64,000 bases of DNA, taken from Gammaproteobacteria bacterium (GTDB lineage: Bacteria > Pseudomonadota > Gammaproteobacteria > Eutrophobiales > Eutrophobiaceae). The position numbers were made by a program, and so were the translations under genes. The stretch lies in NCBI GenBank assembly GCA_965202685.1, contig OZ241853.1, forward strand, positions 1,176,262-1,240,261. The letters run 5' to 3'. Below are positions 34,530 to 44,117 of the stretch, in pieces. Position 1 is the first letter of the stretch. Each line of letters starts with the position of its first letter. The notes beneath the pieces were generated by a model. It saw only the letters and a program-made list of their open reading frames with translations. It had not been told where the DNA came from and ran no database searches.

Positions 34530-36575
34530 GTGTATACTAAATACATGACTGACCAAGCGAGGAAACGCCGCGATGCATGGCGGAAAACTGACAAGCTAAA
34601 ACGGGCCCGATTCCATAGTCTGGCGCTGATCGCATGCGCCCTGTTCCTAATCACGGGCCTCGCCATCGTCGATGATTACGGCGCCTCAGGGGACGACGGG
34701 TTGCAACGCGAACTTGCTGAGAACACCCTTAATTATGTTTTGGATGGCGACCAGGCCCTGTTGCAAGCCCATGACCGCTTCTACGGTGCCGCCTTTGAAG
34801 TGTTGCCGCTGTTTGTTGAGCGCGCCTTGGGCCTGGAAGACTCCCGGGACATCTACTTAAGCCGCCACCTGATGGTGCATCTGTTGTTCTTGGTCAGCGG
34901 TTTCTTTTGCTACCTATTGGCGTTGCGCTTGTCCGGCGACCGGTTGGTCGCGCTGTTGGTCATGTTGTTATTCTTGCTGTCTCCGCGCCTCTACGCCCAT
35001 TCCTTCTTCAACAGCAAGGATCCGCCGTTTCTTAGCGCATTCGTCATTGCTCTCTATTTTGCTAACCGCGCTTTCCGCAAAGATACTGTTGGGGCTTTTC
35101 TACTATGTGGGGCGGTTGTCGGACTCTTGACCAGCCTGCGCATCATGGGCGCGACTCTGTTTGCCATCGTGTTGGCGTTTCGGGTTTGGGATTTCTTTCT
35201 GGCCGGTGGGGGGGAAGGAGGTTGGAGGGAACGCAGATGGATCTTGACGACCAGTTATGCGTTTGTCTTGGCAGGGCTTTTTGCCTTAGCCGCCAGCCTG
35301 CCGTATGTTTGGGAAAACCCCCTCAGGCTCCGGAACATGCCGGAGGATCTCCCTGAAATCTATAACCTGACGCCCACTTTGCAACTGTTCCGAGGGGAGC
35401 TGTTCCTCGGCGCGAACTTGCCTTGGGATTACCTGACGCACTGGCACGCCATCACCACCCCGCTGGTGACTCTGGTGTTGGGTCTATTGGGAATTGGGGC
35501 GCTGGGTCTTGCCACTTGGGGCGTCTTCAGAGGGGATCTGAACCAAGCCGCCGGGCTGAACGCCGCGCGAGACCGCAACTTGCCGCGCTTCGGCTGGTTT
35601 CTCATCGCCTGCCTCGCGTTGCCCTTGACCGCCGTCATCTTGATGCGGCCCAACATCCACGATGGCTGGCGGTATTTTTTCTTTCTACACGCGCCCTTCT
35701 GCCTATTGGCGACTTTCGCCCTGATGTGGTTGCGCCAGCTACCTGTCCGGGGCCTAAGGAAAGGATTGATTAGCGGCGTTGCCTGCGCGTTGACAGCGGC
35801 GGGGCTGGGCGGCGCGGCGTTGGAGATGGCGCGACTCCATCCTAACCAGCACCTCTATTTCAATGCCCTGACGGAGCGCCATATCCCGGGGCGGTTGAAG
35901 ACCCAGTACGAGACGGATTACGAGAATGCGATGCTGCGGCAGGGCTATGAGCATATCCTGGAACGGGTGCCGCCCCCGGCTGTGATCAACATGCGCAAGC
36001 GCGGCGTTCCAATGTTCGAGGATGCTATCAACCCAAACATAGAGTTGCTTCCCGCGGCGGCCCGCAACCGGTTCACCTACGATCCCAGTCGCGATCCGGA
36101 TTTCTATTTAAGCGGAAACTCGCACCGAAAAAGCCTGCCCAAAGATCCTTTTCCCCCCGTTCTCTACCGGATCGAGGTCTATAACAACGCCATGATGACC
36201 GTATCCACGCCAGATCTGTCCCAGGTTGACTTGGCGGTGGCGGATGCGTATCGGGCTTTGCATAGAGCGGCGACAGCGGGGAATCCGGTGGGTGGCGCGG
36301 GGGGCTTCAATACGTATCTGCATGGCGGCCGGCTAGTGTGGGTAAAGGAGGCCTGCGGGCCAGGGGAGTTGATGCCTCTGTTCTGGCTCAAGCTCTACCC
36401 GGCGGCCGTGGACCGCTTGCCGGACCACCGCCGGAAATGGGGTTACTTCGAACTCGACGCCCGCGGGGTGCGGTTTGACGGCAAGTGCCTGGGGGCGCGA
36501 CGACTGCCGGACTTCGCCCTAACCCGGATTCGCCTGGGGCAACTAGGGAGGTGGGAAGTTGAGGTACCGTTTTAG
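34530..36575 (+). CDS. Array copy 11: most divergent GT-C-like paralog; 5' end replaced (junction 34602/34603)
   Basis: 681 aa with the same architecture and many substitutions across the TM core (e.g. DGWRYFFFLHAPFCLLATFALMWL). Has an extra insertion after TM6. Confidence 0.8.
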   Translation: MYTKYMTDQARKRRDAWRKTDKLKRARFHSLALIACALFLITGLAIVDDYGASGDDGLQRELAENTLNYVLDGDQALLQAHDRFYGAAFEVLPLFVERALGLEDSRDIYLSRHLMVHLLFLVSGFFCYLLALRLSGDRLVALLVMLLFLLSPRLYAHSFFNSKDPPFLSAFVIALYFANRAFRKDTVGAFLLCGAVVGLLTSLRIMGATLFAIVLAFRVWDFFLAGGGEGGWRERRWILTTSYAFVLAGLFALAASLPYVWENPLRLRNMPEDLPEIYNLTPTLQLFRGELFLGANLPWDYLTHWHAITTPLVTLVLGLLGIGALGLATWGVFRGDLNQAAGLNAARDRNLPRFGWFLIACLALPLTAVILMRPNIHDGWRYFFFLHAPFCLLATFALMWLRQLPVRGLRKGLISGVACALTAAGLGGAALEMARLHPNQHLYFNALTERHIPGRLKTQYETDYENAMLRQGYEHILERVPPPAVINMRKRGVPMFEDAINPNIELLPAAARNRFTYDPSRDPDFYLSGNSHRKSLPKDPFPPVLYRIEVYNNAMMTVSTPDLSQVDLAVADAYRALHRAATAGNPVGGAGGFNTYLHGGRLVWVKEACGPGELMPLFWLKLYPAAVDRLPDHRRKWGYFELDARGVRFDGKCLGARRLPDFALTRIRLGQLGRWEVEVPF

Positions 36576-36599
36576 CTTGTTAATTTTCCACCATCCTGC

Positions 36600-36735
36600 C
36601 TAACGCGACACCCTAGGGCCTAGCTTGGGGCAGGGCTTTTTACGACACGCTGTGAATCCATCCTTGGACGCTCTCGGCGCGGCCATCCAGGCCGCGCAGG
36701 GTCTTAAAAGCCCTGCCCCAAGCTACGCTACCCCG
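36600..36735. repeat. Module C hairpin element, copy 3
   Basis: agcttggggcagggcttttt…aaaagccctgccccaagct: a perfect stem with a third stem variant. Confidence 0.6.
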
Positions 36736-37025
36736 TCTCCCCTTTTAGCTTATCGCGCCAGTTGTCTAACAGAACCTGCAACACTTTTAGCGACGGAAGT
36801 TTTTCGTCAGGCAAGCGGCGCATTGGCCACTTTTTAGCGACGGAAGTTTTTCGTTAGACAACTGGCGCGACAAGTGAAGGAAGGAGTGTGCAAACAGCAC
36901 ATGACTGACTGAACGCGGAAGCGCCAGGCAGGATAGCGGAAAACTAACAAGCTAAAACTGACCGAGCGAGGAAACGCCGCGCCACATGGCAGAAAACTAA
37001 CAGGCTAAAAGGGTAATATGGCGGC

Positions 37026-39008
37026 ATGGCGGCAATGACCAACCGCATTGGAGAATGGGCCCGATTTCATAGTCTGGCATTGATTGCATGCGCCCTGTTC
37101 CTGATTACGGACCTCGCCATCGTCGATGACTACGGCGTCTCGCCGGATACGGCGGGGCAGCGTCTTGTCGCCATCAACACCCTCAACTATGTCCTGCATG
37201 GGGACCAAACCCTGTTGCGAACCCATGACCGCTTCTACGGCGCGGCCCTGGAATTGCCTCTGTTCCTGTTGACGGAACGGGTCCTGGGGCTGGAAGACCC
37301 GCGCCATGTCCATTTGGCCCGCCATGTCTTGACGCACCTGTTGTTTCTAATCGGCGGGTTCTGTTGCTATCTGCTGGCGCGGCGCTTGGCCGGCGACCGG
37401 CTGGTGGCGTTGTTGGTCATGTTGTTGTTCCTGCTGTCTCCGCGCCTGTACGCCCATTCCTTTTTCAACAGCAAGGATCCAGTGTTCGCCAGCGCCTTCG
37501 TCATGGCCTTGCTCTTTGCGAGCCGCGCCTTTGACAGGGACTCGGTGGGGACCTATCGGTGGTGCGGGGCGGCAGCGGGACTTCTCGTCAACCTGCGCAT
37601 CATGGGCGTGGTTCTGTTTGCTCTCGTGTTGGTCTTTCGAGCCTGGGCCTGGTTCCGGGCCGGGGGGCGCGGGGCGCGGCGGCGAGTGGCGGCGACCGCT
37701 GGCGCTTTCGTCCTATGGGGGGTCGTTGTCTTGTTCATCAGTCTGCCCTATCTCTGGGAGGACCCCGTAGTGCGGCTGGTGGAGATGTTCGTGGTGTTGA
37801 CCAATCATTCCACTGCCACTTATGAATTGTTCCGGGGTCAAGTGTTTTCCGGCGCGGCGTTGCCTTGGGATTATGTGTTGCATTGGTTCGCCATCAGCCA
37901 GCCGCCGGTGACCTTGTTGTTGGGGCTGTTGGGCCTGGGGGCCTTGGGCCTTGCCGCTCAGGGTGCCGTCAGACGCGGTGGGGGCGCCGGGCCGGAGCGC
38001 GGTTTGGGCGCCGCCGAGTTGCGCTTCGGCGTCCTGCTCGCAACCTGCTTTGCGTTGCCCCTGGTCGCCTTTGCGCTGTTGCGACCCACCACCATCGATG
38101 GCTGGCGGCATTTTTATTTCCTGCACGGGCCTTTTTGCCTGCTGGCGACCTTCGCCCTGATGGCGTTGCGCCAGCTGTCGACGCGGGGGTTGCGAAAAGG
38201 ATGGCTCGGCGGCGCGGCTTGCGCGCTGACAGCGGCGGGGCTGGGCGCGGCGGCGTTGGAGATGGCGCAGATCCATCCTCACCAATATCTCTATTTCAAC
38301 TTTTTAGCGGACCGGAAGACCCCGGAACGATTGCACAAGCGCTACGAGACGGATTACTGGAGCATGATGTGGCGGCAAGGTTATGAACACATCCTAGGGC
38401 AAGGGCCCGCTTCCACCATTAACATAAGGCCGTGGACTTTTCCGGCGCCAGCGGACATCAACCACAATGTGCGGATTCTCCCGGCGGCGGCCCGGAGCCG
38501 GTTCACCTACGACCCCGCTCGGGACCCGGATTTCTACCTGGTAATCAACACCAGACATCCGGCGGTAGGCGTGCTTAAGGACTCTTTCCCCCCCGTTCTC
38601 CACCGGTTCAAGGTCTATAACAACACCATGTTGACCGTTTCCACGCCAGATCTGTCCCGGATTGATCCAATGGCGGCGAATGCGTATCGGGATTTGCGCC
38701 GGGCAGTGATGGCGGGGGAACTGGCGGCCCGGATGGGGGGCTTCGATGTGCACCTGCATGGCAAGCAACTGGCGTGGGTGAAGGAGGCTTGCGAGCCTGG
38801 GGCGTTGACGCATCCGTTCCGGCTCAGGCTTTACCCGGCGGACATGCGTCGTTTGCCGGCCCATCACCAGAGACGGGGCTACTTCGAACTCAGTGCCCGC
38901 GGGGTGCGGTTTGACGACAAGTGCCTAGGGGCGGCGCGGTTGCCGGACTTCGCCCTGGCCCGCGCGCGCTTGGGGCAACTAGGGAAGTGGGTTGAGGTAC
39001 CCCTTTAG
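37026..39008 (+). CDS. Array copy 12: GT-C-like membrane glycosyltransferase paralog
   Basis: 660 aa with the conserved family motifs. Tail ...GKWVEVPL. Confidence 0.85.
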   Translation: MAAMTNRIGEWARFHSLALIACALFLITDLAIVDDYGVSPDTAGQRLVAINTLNYVLHGDQTLLRTHDRFYGAALELPLFLLTERVLGLEDPRHVHLARHVLTHLLFLIGGFCCYLLARRLAGDRLVALLVMLLFLLSPRLYAHSFFNSKDPVFASAFVMALLFASRAFDRDSVGTYRWCGAAAGLLVNLRIMGVVLFALVLVFRAWAWFRAGGRGARRRVAATAGAFVLWGVVVLFISLPYLWEDPVVRLVEMFVVLTNHSTATYELFRGQVFSGAALPWDYVLHWFAISQPPVTLLLGLLGLGALGLAAQGAVRRGGGAGPERGLGAAELRFGVLLATCFALPLVAFALLRPTTIDGWRHFYFLHGPFCLLATFALMALRQLSTRGLRKGWLGGAACALTAAGLGAAALEMAQIHPHQYLYFNFLADRKTPERLHKRYETDYWSMMWRQGYEHILGQGPASTINIRPWTFPAPADINHNVRILPAAARSRFTYDPARDPDFYLVINTRHPAVGVLKDSFPPVLHRFKVYNNTMLTVSTPDLSRIDPMAANAYRDLRRAVMAGELAARMGGFDVHLHGKQLAWVKEACEPGALTHPFRLRLYPADMRRLPAHHQRRGYFELSARGVRFDDKCLGAARLPDFALARARLGQLGKWVEVPL

Positions 39009-39399
39009 CTTGCCAGTTTTCCGCCATGCATCCTAAGCGCGACATCTGAGGGCCTAGCTTGGGGCAGGGCTTTTTGCGACACGCTGTAAATCCATCCGAG
39101 CAAGGAGACGCCAAGCAGGATCACGGAGCCTGCAACACTTTTAGCGACGGAAGTTTTTCGTCAGAAAACTGGCGCGACAAGTGAAGGAAGGAGTGTGCAA
39201 ACAGCACATGACTGACTGAACGCGGAAGCGCCAGGCAGGATAACGGAATCTGCAACTATTTTAGCGACGGAAATTTTTCGTCAGGCAAGCGGCATGATGA
39301 GCGAGGTCGGGAGTGTGCAATTAGCACATGACCGAGCGAGCGAGGAAACGCCGCGCCACATGGCGGAAAACTAACAGGCTAAAGGGGTAATATGACGGC

Positions 39400-41385
39400 A
39401 TGTCTGCGGTGACAAATCGCATCGGAGAACGGGCCCGATTTCATAGTCTGGCATTGATTGCATGCACCCTGTTCCTCCTTACAGGCCTCGCCATCGTCGA
39501 TGACTACGGCGTCTCGCCGGATACGGGAGGCCAGCATCTTGTCGCCATCAACACCCTCAATTATGTCCTGCATGGGGACCCAACCCTGTTGCAACTCCAT
39601 GACCGCTTCTACGGCGCGGCCCTGGAGTTGCCCTTGCTTCTGTTGACGGAACGGGTCCTGGGGCTGGAAGACCCGCGCCACGTCTATCTGGCCCGCCATG
39701 TCCTGACGCACCTGTTTTTTCTGCTTGGCGGGTTCTGTTGCTATCTGTTGGCGCGGCGCCTGTCCGGCGACCGGCTGGCCGCGCTGTTGGTCATGTTGCT
39801 GTTCCTGCTGTCCCCGCGCCTCTACGCCCATTCCTTCTTCAACAGCAAGGATGCGGTGTTCGCCAGCGCCTTCGTCATGGCCTTGCTCGTTGTGAGCCGC
39901 GCCTTTGACAGGGACTCGGTGGGGGCCTATCGGTGGGGCGGGATGGCAGTGGGACTTCTCGTCCACCTGCGCATCATGGGCGTGGTTCTGTTTGCCATCG
40001 TGTTGCTCTTTCGGGCCTGGGCCTGGTTTCGGGCCGAGGGGCCCGCGGCGCGGCGGCGGGTTGTGGCGACCGCTGGGGTCTTCGTCCTGTGGGGGGGGCT
40101 TGTCTTGCTCATCAGCCTGCCCTATCTCTGGGGCGACCCCGTAGGGCGTTTTTCAAAATATTGGGCGACGTTGACCGACCATCCCCTCATCGCAGGCAAC
40201 TTGTTCCGGGGCGAGATGTTTTCCAGCGGGGCACTGCCTTGGGACTATGTGTTGCACTGGTTCGCCATCAGCCAGCCGCCGGTGACCTTGTTGTTGGGGC
40301 TGTTGGGTCTGGGGGCCTTGGGCCTTGCCGCTGGGAGCGTCGTCAGACGCGGCGCGGGCGCCAGGCCGGGGCGCGGCGTGAGGGACGCTGAGTTGCGCTT
40401 TGGCGTCTTGCTCGCAACCTGCTTTGCGTTGCCCCTGGTTGCCTTTGTTCTGTTGCGGCCCAATGCCTACCATGGCTGGCGGCATTTCTATTTCTTGCAC
40501 GGGCCTTTTTGCCTGCTGGCGACTTTCGTCCTGATGGGATTGCGCCAGCTGTCGGCGCAGAGGGTGCGAAAAGGATGGCTCGGCGGCGCGGCTTGCGCGC
40601 TGACAGCGGCGGGACTGGGCGTCGTGGTTGTCCAGATGGCGCAGATCCATCCTAACCAGCACCTTTATTTCAACTTTTTGGCGGACCGGAAGACCCCGGA
40701 AGGGTTGCGCGAGCGCTACGAGACGGATTACTGGAACATGATGTTGCGGCAAGGGTATGAACACATCCTGCGGCAAGCGCCCGCTTCCACCATTAACATG
40801 AGGGCGCGGACGGTTCCGGCGCCAGCGGACATCAACCGCAATGTGCAGATTCTCCCGGCAGCGGCCCGGAGCCGGTTCACCTACGACCCTGGTCGAGATC
40901 CGGATTTCTACCTGGGAAGCAACGCCATAAATCCGTTGCCAGGCGTGTTTAAGGACTCTTTTCCCCCCGTTCTCCACCGGTTCAAGGTCTATAACAACAC
41001 CATGATGACCGTGTCCACGCCAGATCTGTCCCGGGTTGATCCAGTGGTGTCGAATGCGTATCGGGATTTGGACCGGGTAGCGATGACGGGGGAACCGGCG
41101 GCCCGGGCGGGTGGCTTCGATGTGTACCTACATGGCAAGCGGCTGGCGTGGGTGAAGGAGAATTGCGAGCCTGGGGAATTGATGCTTCCGTTCCTGCTCA
41201 GGCTTTACCCGGTGGACGCGCGTCGTTTGCTGGACCATCACCAGAAACGGGGCTACTTTGAACTCGGCGTCCGCGGGGTGCGGTTTGACAGCAAATGCCT
41301 GGGGGCGCGGCAACTGCCGGATTTCGCCCTGGCCCGGGCGCGTTTGGGGCAACCAGGGAGGTGGGAAGTTGAGGTGCCGTTTTAG
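39400..41385 (+). CDS. Array copy 13: GT-C-like membrane glycosyltransferase paralog
   Basis: 661 aa with the conserved family motifs. Confidence 0.85.
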   Translation: MSAVTNRIGERARFHSLALIACTLFLLTGLAIVDDYGVSPDTGGQHLVAINTLNYVLHGDPTLLQLHDRFYGAALELPLLLLTERVLGLEDPRHVYLARHVLTHLFFLLGGFCCYLLARRLSGDRLAALLVMLLFLLSPRLYAHSFFNSKDAVFASAFVMALLVVSRAFDRDSVGAYRWGGMAVGLLVHLRIMGVVLFAIVLLFRAWAWFRAEGPAARRRVVATAGVFVLWGGLVLLISLPYLWGDPVGRFSKYWATLTDHPLIAGNLFRGEMFSSGALPWDYVLHWFAISQPPVTLLLGLLGLGALGLAAGSVVRRGAGARPGRGVRDAELRFGVLLATCFALPLVAFVLLRPNAYHGWRHFYFLHGPFCLLATFVLMGLRQLSAQRVRKGWLGGAACALTAAGLGVVVVQMAQIHPNQHLYFNFLADRKTPEGLRERYETDYWNMMLRQGYEHILRQAPASTINMRARTVPAPADINRNVQILPAAARSRFTYDPGRDPDFYLGSNAINPLPGVFKDSFPPVLHRFKVYNNTMMTVSTPDLSRVDPVVSNAYRDLDRVAMTGEPAARAGGFDVYLHGKRLAWVKENCEPGELMLPFLLRLYPVDARRLLDHHQKRGYFELGVRGVRFDSKCLGARQLPDFALARARLGQPGRWEVEVPF

Positions 41386-41423
41386 CTTGTTACATCCGCC
41401 ATGCAACTTGGCGAATTGACCAC

Positions 41424-41760
41424 TGTTTTAGCGACGGAAATTTTTCGCCAGGCAACTGGCGCGACAAGTGAAGGAAGGAGTGTATGTCAAATACATGACT
41501 GACTGAACGCGGAAGTGCCAGGCAGAATAACGGAATCTGCAACTATTTTAGCGACGGAAATTTTTCGCCAGGCAACTGGCGCGACAAGTGAAGGAAGGAG
41601 TGTATGTCAAATACATGACTGACTGAACGCGGAAGTGCCAGGCAGAATAACGGAATCTGCAACTATTTTAGCGACGGAAATTTTTCGCCAGGCAACTGGC
41701 GCGATGAGCGAGGGCAGGAGTGTATGTCAAATACATGACTGGCCGAGCGAGGAAACGCCA
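41424..41760. repeat. Tandem repeat, ~120-bp unit x ~2.7, composed of the intergenic MITE-like modules
   Basis: Unit ttttagcgacggaaatttttcgccaggcaactggcgcgacaagtgaaggaaggagtgtatgtcaaatacatgactgactgaacgcggaagtgccaggcagaataacggaatctgcaacta repeats at 41424, 41544 and 41664. Confidence 0.85.
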
Positions 41761-41859
41761 GGACGCATGGCGGAAAATTAACAAGCTAAAACTGACCGAG
41801 CGAGGAAATGCCGCGCCACATGGCAGAAAACTAACAGGCTAAAAGGGTAATATGGCGGC

Positions 41860-43863
41860 ATGTCTGCAATAACCAACCACATCGGAGAACGGGCCCGATT
41901 CCATAGTCTGGCACTGAGCGTATGCGCCCTGTTTTTGATTACGGGCCTAGCCATCGTCGATGACTACGGCGTCTCGTTAGATGCGAATGGACAACGTCGT
42001 GTCGCCATCAACACCGTCAACTATGTCCTGCATGAAGTCCAAACCCTGTTGCGAACCCATGACCGCTTCTACGGCGCCGCCTTCGAGTTGCCTCTATTGC
42101 TGTTGACGGAACGAATCCTGGGGCTGGAAGACCCGCGCCATGTCTATCTGGCCCGCCATGTCCTGACGCACTTGTTTTTTCTAGTCGGCGGGTTCTGTTG
42201 CTATCTGTTGGCGTTTCGATTGTCCAGCGACCGGCTGGTCGCGCTGTTGGTCATGTTGCTGTTTCTCCTGTCCCCGCGTCTTTACGCCCATTCCTTCTTC
42301 AACAGCAAAGACGCGGTGTTCGCCAGCGCCTTCGTCATGGCCTTGCTCGTTGCAAGCCGCACCTTTGACAGGGACTCGGCGGGGGCCTATCGGTGGTGCG
42401 GCGCGGCGGCGGGGCTTCTCGTCAACCTGCGCATCATGGGCGTGGTTCTGTTTGCCGCCGTGTTGCTCTTTCGGGCCTGGGCCTGGTTTCGGGCCGAGGG
42501 CGCGGCGCGGCGGCGGGTGGCGGCGACCGCTGGGGTTTTTGCCCTGTGGGGTGTCCTTGTCTTGTTCATCAGCCTGCCCTATCTCTGGGAAGACCCCGTA
42601 GGGCGGCTGGCGGAAATGGTCGTGATGTTGGCCAATCATCCTAACATCGTTTTCGAACTGTTCCGGGGTCAAGTGTTTTCCAGCGCGGCGTTGCCTTGGG
42701 ACTATGTGTTGCGCTGGTTCGCCATCAGCCAGCCGCCGGTGACCTTGTTGTTGGGGTTGTTGGGTCTGGGGGCCTTGGGCCTTGCCGCTGGGGGCGTCGT
42801 CAGACGCGGCGCGGGCGCCGGGCCGGGGCGCGGTTTGGGCGCCGCCGAGTTGCGCTTCGGCGTCTTGCTTGCAAGTTGCTTTGCGTTGCCCCTAGTTGCC
42901 TTTGTCCTGTTGCGGCCTAACACCTTCCATGGCGGTCGGCATTTTTATTTCTTGCACGGGCCGTTTTGCCTGCTGGCGACATTCGCTCTGATGGGGTTGC
43001 GCCAGCTGGCGGCGCGGGGGTTGCAAAGAAGATGGGTTGGCGGCGCGGCTTGCGCACTGACGGCGGCGGGGCTGGGCGCGGCGGCGTTGGAAATGGCGCA
43101 GATCCATCCTAACCAATATCTCTATTTCAACTTCTTGGCGGACCGGAACACCCCGGAACGGTTGCGCGAGCGCTACGAGACGGATTACTGGAACATGATG
43201 TTGCGGCAAGGGTATGAACACATCCTGCGGCAAGCGCCCGCTTCCATCATTAACATGAGAACGCGAAAGGTTCAATCGTGGGCGGACATCAACCGCAATG
43301 TGCAGATTCTCCCGGCGGCGGCCCGGAGCCAGTTCACCTACGACCCCGCTCGGGACCCGTATTTCTACCTGGAAAACGCCGCCAGAAATCTGCCGCCAGG
43401 CGCGCTTAAGGACTCTTTTCCCCCCGTTCTCCACCGGTTCAAGGTCTATAACAACACGATGTTGACCGTATCCACACCAGTTCTATCTCGGGTTGACCCG
43501 GTGGTGGCGGAGGCGTATCGGGCTTTGCATCGGGCGGCCACGGCGGGGGAACCGGCGGCCCGCGGGGGGGGCTTTGATGCGCACCTGCATGGCAACCGGC
43601 TGGTGTGGGTGAAGGAGGCTTGCGAGCCTGGGGCGCTGAGGCGCAAGTTCCGGTTGGATCTTTACCCGGCGGACGCGGGCCGTTTGCCGGCCCATCACCA
43701 GAAACGGGGCTACTTTATCATCAGCGTCTTTGGGGTGCGGTTTGACGGCAAGTGCCTGGGGGCGGCGCGACTGCCGGATTTCGCCCTGGCCCGGATTCGC
43801 CTGTGGCAGTTCGTTCTTGGCGAGGATCTGCTATGGCTAACCGACATAAACTTCCACCGCTAA
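41860..43863 (+). CDS. Array copy 14: GT-C-like membrane glycosyltransferase paralog
   Basis: 667 aa; the conserved family core is present. Confidence 0.85.
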   Translation: MSAITNHIGERARFHSLALSVCALFLITGLAIVDDYGVSLDANGQRRVAINTVNYVLHEVQTLLRTHDRFYGAAFELPLLLLTERILGLEDPRHVYLARHVLTHLFFLVGGFCCYLLAFRLSSDRLVALLVMLLFLLSPRLYAHSFFNSKDAVFASAFVMALLVASRTFDRDSAGAYRWCGAAAGLLVNLRIMGVVLFAAVLLFRAWAWFRAEGAARRRVAATAGVFALWGVLVLFISLPYLWEDPVGRLAEMVVMLANHPNIVFELFRGQVFSSAALPWDYVLRWFAISQPPVTLLLGLLGLGALGLAAGGVVRRGAGAGPGRGLGAAELRFGVLLASCFALPLVAFVLLRPNTFHGGRHFYFLHGPFCLLATFALMGLRQLAARGLQRRWVGGAACALTAAGLGAAALEMAQIHPNQYLYFNFLADRNTPERLRERYETDYWNMMLRQGYEHILRQAPASIINMRTRKVQSWADINRNVQILPAAARSQFTYDPARDPYFYLENAARNLPPGALKDSFPPVLHRFKVYNNTMLTVSTPVLSRVDPVVAEAYRALHRAATAGEPAARGGGFDAHLHGNRLVWVKEACEPGALRRKFRLDLYPADAGRLPAHHQKRGYFIISVFGVRFDGKCLGAARLPDFALARIRLWQFVLGEDLLWLTDINFHR

Positions 43864-43892
43864 AAGTTTGCAGTTTTCCGCCATGCAACCTG

Positions 43893-44022
43893 GCGCGCCA
43901 ACCAGGGCCTAGCTTGGGGTGGGGTTTTTTGCGACACGCTGTAAATCCATCCTTGGACGCTCTCGGCGCGGCCATCCAGGCCGCGCAGGGTCTTAAAAGC
44001 CCCACCCCAAGCTACGCCCACC
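43893..44022. repeat. Module C hairpin element, copy 4
   Basis: agcttggggtggggtttttt…aaaagccccaccccaagct: a stem with a fourth co-varying variant. Confidence 0.6.
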
Positions 44023-44117
44023 CCACCCTTTTAGCTTGTCAGTTTTCCGCCATCTCGCAATACTTTTAGCGACGGAAGTTTTTCGTCAGGCAAGCGGCAT
44101 GATAAGCGCGGGAGGGA